Positions 1 to 3,405 of a stretch of 7,595 nucleotides of DNA are shown piece by piece (the stretch's first letter is position 1; every line of letters starts with the position of its first letter). The notes beneath the pieces were generated by a model. That model searched no databases. It was given only the letters and a program-made list of their open reading frames with translations, and was not told the DNA's origin. The position numbers were made by a program, and so were the translations under genes. This stretch comes from an uncultured Gammaproteobacteria bacterium (lineage in GTDB: Bacteria; Patescibacteriota; Microgenomatia; Daviesbacterales; UBA10151), in NCBI GenBank assembly GCA_964522265.1, contig CAZFVS010000052.1:1-7595 (forward strand), in the 5' to 3' direction.

Positions 1-58
1 ATTTTAAATTTAAAATTTTTAATTTGAACTGAAATTTAAATTTTTAAAATTAAACAAA

Positions 59-98
59 TGAAAATTCATTGAAAATTTGTAATTGAAAATTGAAAATT
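59..98. repeat. Four copies of the octamer TGAAAATT (starting at 59, 70, 84, 91) within a near-pure A/T low-complexity tract that spans 1-99
   Basis: Read directly from the sequence. Spacings are 11, 14 and 7 nt. A degenerate copy, TGAAATTT, sits at 30-37. The tract lies downstream of the minus-strand ATL gene and runs off the window edge. Confidence 0.5.
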
Positions 99-99
99 C

Positions 100-119
100 G
101 AAGTTCATTTATGAACTTC
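100..119 (-). terminator. Candidate intrinsic terminator hairpin overlapping the ATL stop codon
   Basis: GAAGTTCAT (100-108) and ATGAACTTC (111-119) are perfect reverse complements. On the minus strand the stem is followed by GAATTTTCAATTTTC. The stem is AT-rich and the U-tract is interrupted, so this is weak. Confidence 0.3.
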
Positions 120-425
120 TCTGAACCATCCGTACTTATCTAAATCTACCATAAAATCTTTTGAAACCTCAATTCCCTCATCTCGAAGTATTTTTTTCTG
201 TAGTGCTTTGGGGTGTTCCAAACATTTTGTTGAGATAAAACCATGCCTATTGATAACCCTGTACCAGGGCAGGTCAATCTCATCCATGACATTATGTAAA
301 ATCCCTCCCACCAGCCTGGCACCTCTGGGTAACCCTGCCAAAACAGCTACAGTCCCATATGTTGTTACCCTTCCAGAAGGGATAGACCTCACTATATTGA
401 TAACTTTAGTTTTAAAACTGCCCAT
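105..425 (-). CDS. atl: Alkyltransferase-like (ATL) protein, MGMT/Ogt family, lacking the acceptor cysteine
   Basis: 106-aa ORF. It has the MGMT DNA-binding-domain pattern VTTYGTVAVLAGLPRGARLVGGIL. It reads PWYRVINRHGFIS where active Ogt/MGMT has PCHRV. Trp replacing Cys is the ATL hallmark (as I recall it, E. coli YbaZ has PWHRVVNRHGTIS). TGA stop at 105-107. Confidence 0.85.
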   Translation of the reverse strand: MGSFKTKVINIVRSIPSGRVTTYGTVAVLAGLPRGARLVGGILHNVMDEIDLPWYRVINRHGFISTKCLEHPKALQKKILRDEGIEVSKDFMVDLDKYGWFREVHK

Positions 426-471
426 AAAGCCGGGAACAAGAAGATACCTCGAGCATCAACCCGTGGAAGAT

Positions 472-735
472 TCATTCCTGCAGTAATCTCAATAATTCTG
501 CTTTCGAAGTTACACCAATCTTCCTTGCTATTTCTTTTCCATCCTTCATAACAACATATGTCGGAATGCTCATAACTCCATACTGGGAGGCTTTTTGGGG
601 ATTTTCATCAACATTGATTTTTTCCACCTCAATCTTATCCCCCAATTCCTTTTCAATCTCCTCCAAAACAGGATTCATAATCTTGCAAGGTCCGCACCAC
701 GGCGCCCAGAAATCAATCAAAGTAGCTTTTGCCAT
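472..735 (-). CDS. trxA: Thioredoxin (short form, 87 aa)
   Basis: FWAPWCGPCK active site at residues 10-19 and the cis-Pro motif SIPT. The length and layout fit a minimal thioredoxin fold with a very short N-terminus. Confidence 0.9.
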   Translation of the reverse strand: MAKATLIDFWAPWCGPCKIMNPVLEEIEKELGDKIEVEKINVDENPQKASQYGVMSIPTYVVMKDGKEIARKIGVTSKAELLRLLQE

Positions 736-782
736 GAAAAATATAATATCACAAATTTTGGGAAGAAGGAATTACTGATATT

Positions 783-2243
783 TTAAAACTCATTCCACAA
801 AAACTGGTTTGTCACTTCGTGGTGGTAAATTATTTCTGAAGGCTTGATGAGATTGCCTAAAGCCTTGGGGCTTCTGTCTGCAGCTGCCTGTTTAAAACCG
901 GCATATTTGTCCCTGTTTTCCTCACCTAAAATTTGTGTTATAAAATCGCTTGATTTAAAAAGCTTAATTGCATCATAGATATTATCCGGTAAAAACCTTA
1001 ACCTGTCTCTTTTATCTGTATCTTTTTCCAACCTCTTTCCCTCAAGACCAGTCCTGATCAGGGTATACAAAACCAGATACGGGTTGGCATCAGGTGCAAC
1101 TGAGCGCACCTCTATCCTGGCGGTTTTCTCATTCCCTACCGGAATCCTGATCATCGCTCCCCTGTCAATAGCAGAGACCTTTATCTGGTTCGGAGCTTCA
1201 AAATGAGGATCTAATCTTCTGTAAGAGTTAACCGAAGGATTTATTGTAAGACAGATTTCCGGGGCGTGATTTAATAATTTGTAAATAAAATCCCAAGCAA
1301 CTACCGACAACCCATCCTGGCCCTTTGGGTTATAAAAAATATTTTTATCCCCCCTGGAGAGTGAGAAATTAGTGTGCATCCCTGAGCCGTTAATACCCAT
1401 AAATGGTTTTGGCAAAAAAGTGGCTGTCATCCCTAAATTGCGTGCTACTTGACGGCAGACTAACTTATAAAGCTGGATATTATCTGCAGCCCTGACCACC
1501 TCCGAATAGGCAAAATTCATCTCAAATTGAGATGGGGCTACCTCCGGATGGTCTTTTTCGTTCCGAAAACCCATCGCTCTCTGGGCTTCTGCTGAGTTGT
1601 CTATAAAATTCCTGAGCTTGTCCAAAGGCAGGGAGTGATAATAACCACCTGTTGAAATCAGTTTCAAGCCTCCTTTTGATTGGTAGTTTTGTTCTGCATT
1701 TATCTCATCAACCAAAAACCCCTCAATCTCAGCGGAGGCAAAAGCAGTCAACCCCTGTTTTTTCTTCAGTTGCTGTGTGAGGATTTTTAACTGCCCCCTG
1801 AAATCTGAAATATAGGGAGACCTGTCACGGCTCAGGACACTGGCAAAAAAAATTACTTTGCCGGGACCAAAAACATCAGAGGGAAGGTAGCGGATAGAAG
1901 AAAAGTCAATTTCCAACCTTAAATCAGATTCCTGCTGGGCGGAAAATCCTCTGATCGATGATCCGTCAAAAGTTAAATTAGAAAGTGACTCAAGCAAAAA
2001 CTTTTTGTCATAATCCAACATGTGAAGCCTGCCTTCAATGTCTGTGAAACAGATTGTGACAGCTTTCAGTAATTTCTCTTTTTTTAAATAAACTGTATAT
2101 TCTGATTCCAGCTCTTTTGGGCTTAAGACCTCTCCTTTTTCTTTTGCTTTTAAATTTAATTCTTCAAGTTGGTCATAAGGAATTTCCAGAAAGTTTTTAA
2201 GTAAAGAACTAGGATAATTTTCTTTAGAATTATTATTACTCAT
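783..2243 (-). CDS. glnA: Glutamine synthetase family protein (type I-like catalytic domain)
   Basis: 486 aa. N-terminal beta-grasp motif FTDIEGRLHML. Catalytic motifs HPEVAPSQFEMNF, LPKPFMGINGSGMHTNFSL, NSYRRLDPHFEAPNQIKVSAIDRGAMIRIP and EVRSVAPDANPYL. About 60 aa of N-terminal extension has no recognisable motif. The subtype cannot be resolved by eye. Confidence 0.85.
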   Translation of the reverse strand: MSNNNSKENYPSSLLKNFLEIPYDQLEELNLKAKEKGEVLSPKELESEYTVYLKKEKLLKAVTICFTDIEGRLHMLDYDKKFLLESLSNLTFDGSSIRGFSAQQESDLRLEIDFSSIRYLPSDVFGPGKVIFFASVLSRDRSPYISDFRGQLKILTQQLKKKQGLTAFASAEIEGFLVDEINAEQNYQSKGGLKLISTGGYYHSLPLDKLRNFIDNSAEAQRAMGFRNEKDHPEVAPSQFEMNFAYSEVVRAADNIQLYKLVCRQVARNLGMTATFLPKPFMGINGSGMHTNFSLSRGDKNIFYNPKGQDGLSVVAWDFIYKLLNHAPEICLTINPSVNSYRRLDPHFEAPNQIKVSAIDRGAMIRIPVGNEKTARIEVRSVAPDANPYLVLYTLIRTGLEGKRLEKDTDKRDRLRFLPDNIYDAIKLFKSSDFITQILGEENRDKYAGFKQAAADRSPKALGNLIKPSEIIYHHEVTNQFLWNEF

Positions 2244-2258
2244 TAAGAATTAATATTA

Positions 2259-2287
2259 AAGTTAGCAGTATTTATACTAACTGTCAA
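2259..2287 (-). promoter_or_regulatory. Candidate sigma70-type promoter for glnA, enclosing a small palindrome
   Basis: On the minus strand: TTGACA (plus coords 2282-2287), a 17-nt spacer, then TAACTT (2259-2264). The spacer contains the palindrome AGTAT-nn-ATACT (2267-2278). This leaves only about 15 nt between the -10 and the ATG at 2243 and no clear Shine-Dalgarno, so it is tentative. Confidence 0.3.
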
Positions 2288-2305
2288 GCGAGTGTTAAGT
2301 TAAAT

Positions 2306-2581
2306 TCAATGAATCTGAAGATCCGGGAATGATTGTTTTATGAAGCTCTTCATTATCCCAAAAGACCCACCATGTCTTCTGCCTATCTCCACCTCATCCT
2401 CTAGAGTAATGAAGGTCGGCACTCCTAATAATTTAAACCTCTGAGCTTTTGGTTCTTCGAATTTATAACTATTATTAGGATCCACATTAATTTTTTCCAG
2501 AATAATTCCGTTCGGATCTAAAACCTCTGTTTGGAGTTTTTTGATAACGGGCTCCATTGCCTTACAAGGACCACACCAACG
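2306..2581 (-). pseudogene. Thioredoxin paralogue, C-terminal fragment (from about one codon before WCGPC to the stop), separated from its N-terminus by the IS element
   Basis: The frame reads (R)WCGPCKAMEPVIKK...LLGVPTFITL (CGPC site plus cis-Pro VPT). The ORF-track start at 2587 is a GTG lying in IS-end sequence. That start would leave no beta-strand ahead of the active site. The matching N-terminal piece lies at 3118-3150. Confidence 0.7.
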
Positions 2582-2588
2582 GAACACT

Positions 2589-2608
2589 CCGCGGACTAAA
2601 GTCCGCGG
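2589..2608 (-). repeat. IS right-end stem-loop (perfect 8-bp stem, 4-nt loop), overlapping the tnpA stop codon
   Basis: CCGCGGAC (2589-2596), TAAA loop, GTCCGCGG (2601-2608). The tnpA stop (plus-strand CTA at 2596-2598) lies inside it. The last TnpA residues, GLRTRGL, are encoded by the hairpin region. Confidence 0.8.
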
Positions 2609-3030
2609 GTTCTTAACCCTGGTTCCTTAACATAATGTTTATCCTGTTCTCTAACGTATTTTGCAACCTTTGCTAAATCTTTTGTTCCAACTGTTGCAGC
2701 ATAATACCCATCTGACCAGAAATGCTTGGCCCAAATACTCTCCACTGAGCCTGGGTACATTTCTCTTAATTTTTTAGATGTACCACCCTTAATCAGTTGC
2801 ATCATACTTGCTGGTGAATCATCACTTTTGGTTTGCATGAGCAAATGGACATGATCAGGTTGGATATTAAGTTCCAACACCTTCCACTCGTTTACCTGGG
2901 CACAAAACTTAATCATTCCACACAAAGTGTTTTTTAAATTACCTACCAACCTTCTTCTTCGATATTTAGGTATAAATACAAAATGATATACCAATTCTGT
3001 TACACAATGCGCTTGTCTGACCAATCCCAT
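2596..3030 (-). CDS. tnpA: IS200/IS605-family Y1 (HUH) transposase TnpA
   Basis: 144 aa. It has the N-terminal YHFVFIPKYRRRRL motif, the HUH motif PDHVHLL, KGGTSKKLR, and the catalytic-Tyr region FWSDGYYAATVG. No tnpB is adjacent. Confidence 0.9.
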   Translation of the reverse strand: MGLVRQAHCVTELVYHFVFIPKYRRRRLVGNLKNTLCGMIKFCAQVNEWKVLELNIQPDHVHLLMQTKSDDSPASMMQLIKGGTSKKLREMYPGSVESIWAKHFWSDGYYAATVGTKDLAKVAKYVREQDKHYVKEPGLRTRGL

Positions 3031-3065
3031 CCTAACACTATTTTACCCTACCTGTTTTGTGCCCT

Positions 3066-3110
3066 GCCTCTTTCATCCCCGCCCTAAAAGAGGGCGGGGG
3101 TCTCAGAGGC
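3066..3110 (-). repeat. IS left-end stem-loop (9-bp GC stem, extended by an outer 6-bp stem)
   Basis: Inner stem CCCCGCCCT (3077-3085) pairs with AGGGCGGGG (3091-3099), with loop AAAAG. Outer pairing is GCCTCT (3066-3071) with AGAGGC (3105-3110). It lies upstream of tnpA on the element's sense strand. Confidence 0.75.
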
Positions 3111-3117
3111 TTTCACT

Positions 3118-3150
3118 AGCATAAAAATCCAGAAATTTTCTTTCAGTCAT
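3118..3150 (-). pseudogene. Thioredoxin paralogue, N-terminal fragment (MTERKFLDFYA)
   Basis: The minus strand reads ATG ACT GAA AGA AAA TTT CTG GAT TTT TAT GCT, then runs into IS sequence (..SESL, TGA at 3103-3105). FLDFYA matches the strand that precedes WCGPC in thioredoxins (the neighbouring Trx has LIDFWAP-WCGPCK). Confidence 0.65.
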
Positions 3151-3151
3151 C

Positions 3152-3310
3152 TTAAAGTTTGGCTATCCTAAGCCTAGCTTCCCAAACAGAATCTTTTTGT
3201 TTATCCAGCTGATTTAAAACAAGCAGAACAAAAAGCATCTTTTGTTTGAATCTTCTCAAATCTTCCAATTCCTGTCTCTCTTTTCCATCCAATGGCTGTC
3301 TTTCTAACAT
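3152..3310 (-). CDS. Possible small protein (52 aa), unknown function
   Basis: My own translation: MLERQPLDGKERQELEDLRRFKQKMLFVLLVLNQLDKQKDSVWEARLRIAKL. Its TAA stop (3152-3154) sits 1 nt from the ATG of the thioredoxin fragment (3150), which suggests translational coupling. It is below the ORF-track length cutoff and has no recognisable motif. Confidence 0.25.
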   Translation of the reverse strand: MLERQPLDGKERQELEDLRRFKQKMLFVLLVLNQLDKQKDSVWEARLRIAKL

Positions 3311-3359
3311 TTAGTGCAAAGATATATCATTTTTGGATCTTTTTCAATATGCAACATGG

Positions 3360-3368
3360 TGTTAATAT
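3360..3368 (+). promoter_or_regulatory. Candidate extended -10 promoter element for the helicase gene
   Basis: TGtTAATAT matches the TGnTAnnnT extended -10 pattern, 38 nt upstream of the ATG at 3406. There is no good -35. GGAG at 3387-3390 is a possible but distant ribosome-binding site. Confidence 0.3.
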
Positions 3369-3405
3369 TGGATAGTTCTTGGAAGTGGAGAAGTACATTA
3401 TTTAT

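Larger units (their letters stand above)
2582..3117 (-). mobile_element. IS200/IS605-family insertion sequence, tnpA-only, about 536 bp (ends +/- about 5 nt)
   Basis: A Y1/HUH transposase gene is flanked by GC-rich subterminal stem-loops at both ends, with no terminal inverted repeats. Boundaries are inferred from where the two halves of the interrupted thioredoxin reading frame stop and resume. Confidence 0.8.

Noticed and set aside
208-486. 92-aa plus-strand ORF from the track
   Set aside because: It lies entirely antisense to the well-supported ATL gene and the 3' end of the thioredoxin gene. It has no motifs, so it is a shadow ORF.
566-786. Two overlapping plus-strand ORFs (566-778 and 595-786)
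   Set aside because: They are antisense to the thioredoxin CDS and the trx-glnA spacer. Their peptides are low-complexity, so they are shadow ORFs.
2244-2305. Glutamine riboswitch or an NtcA / TnrA-GlnR operator upstream of glnA
   Set aside because: The spacer is only 62 nt and lacks the glnA-RNA motif as I remember it. There is no GTA-N8-TAC or TGTNA-N7-TNACA site. Only a generic AGTAT-nn-ATACT palindrome is present, and it is noted under the promoter feature.
105-2308. Alternative genetic code (UGA recoding), as seen in some candidate phyla
   Set aside because: TGA ends the ATL, trxA and trx-fragment ORFs at positions consistent with the full-length domains. The standard bacterial code fits.
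2582-3378. tnpB / omega-RNA (IS605-type RNA-guided nuclease) associated with the TnpA
   Set aside because: There is no long ORF on either strand next to tnpA. The 268-nt stretch beyond the left end lies outside the inferred IS boundary, because the thioredoxin N-terminal fragment abuts the left end.
3379-3405. TTG start at 3379 for the helicase (track model MEVEKYIIY...)
   Set aside because: The ATG at 3406 gives MLNLLDDLNPIQ, the usual N-terminus spacing before the Q motif. The extra 9 residues have no counterpart in the family and would leave almost no 5' UTR after the candidate -10 element. This is not excluded, only less likely.
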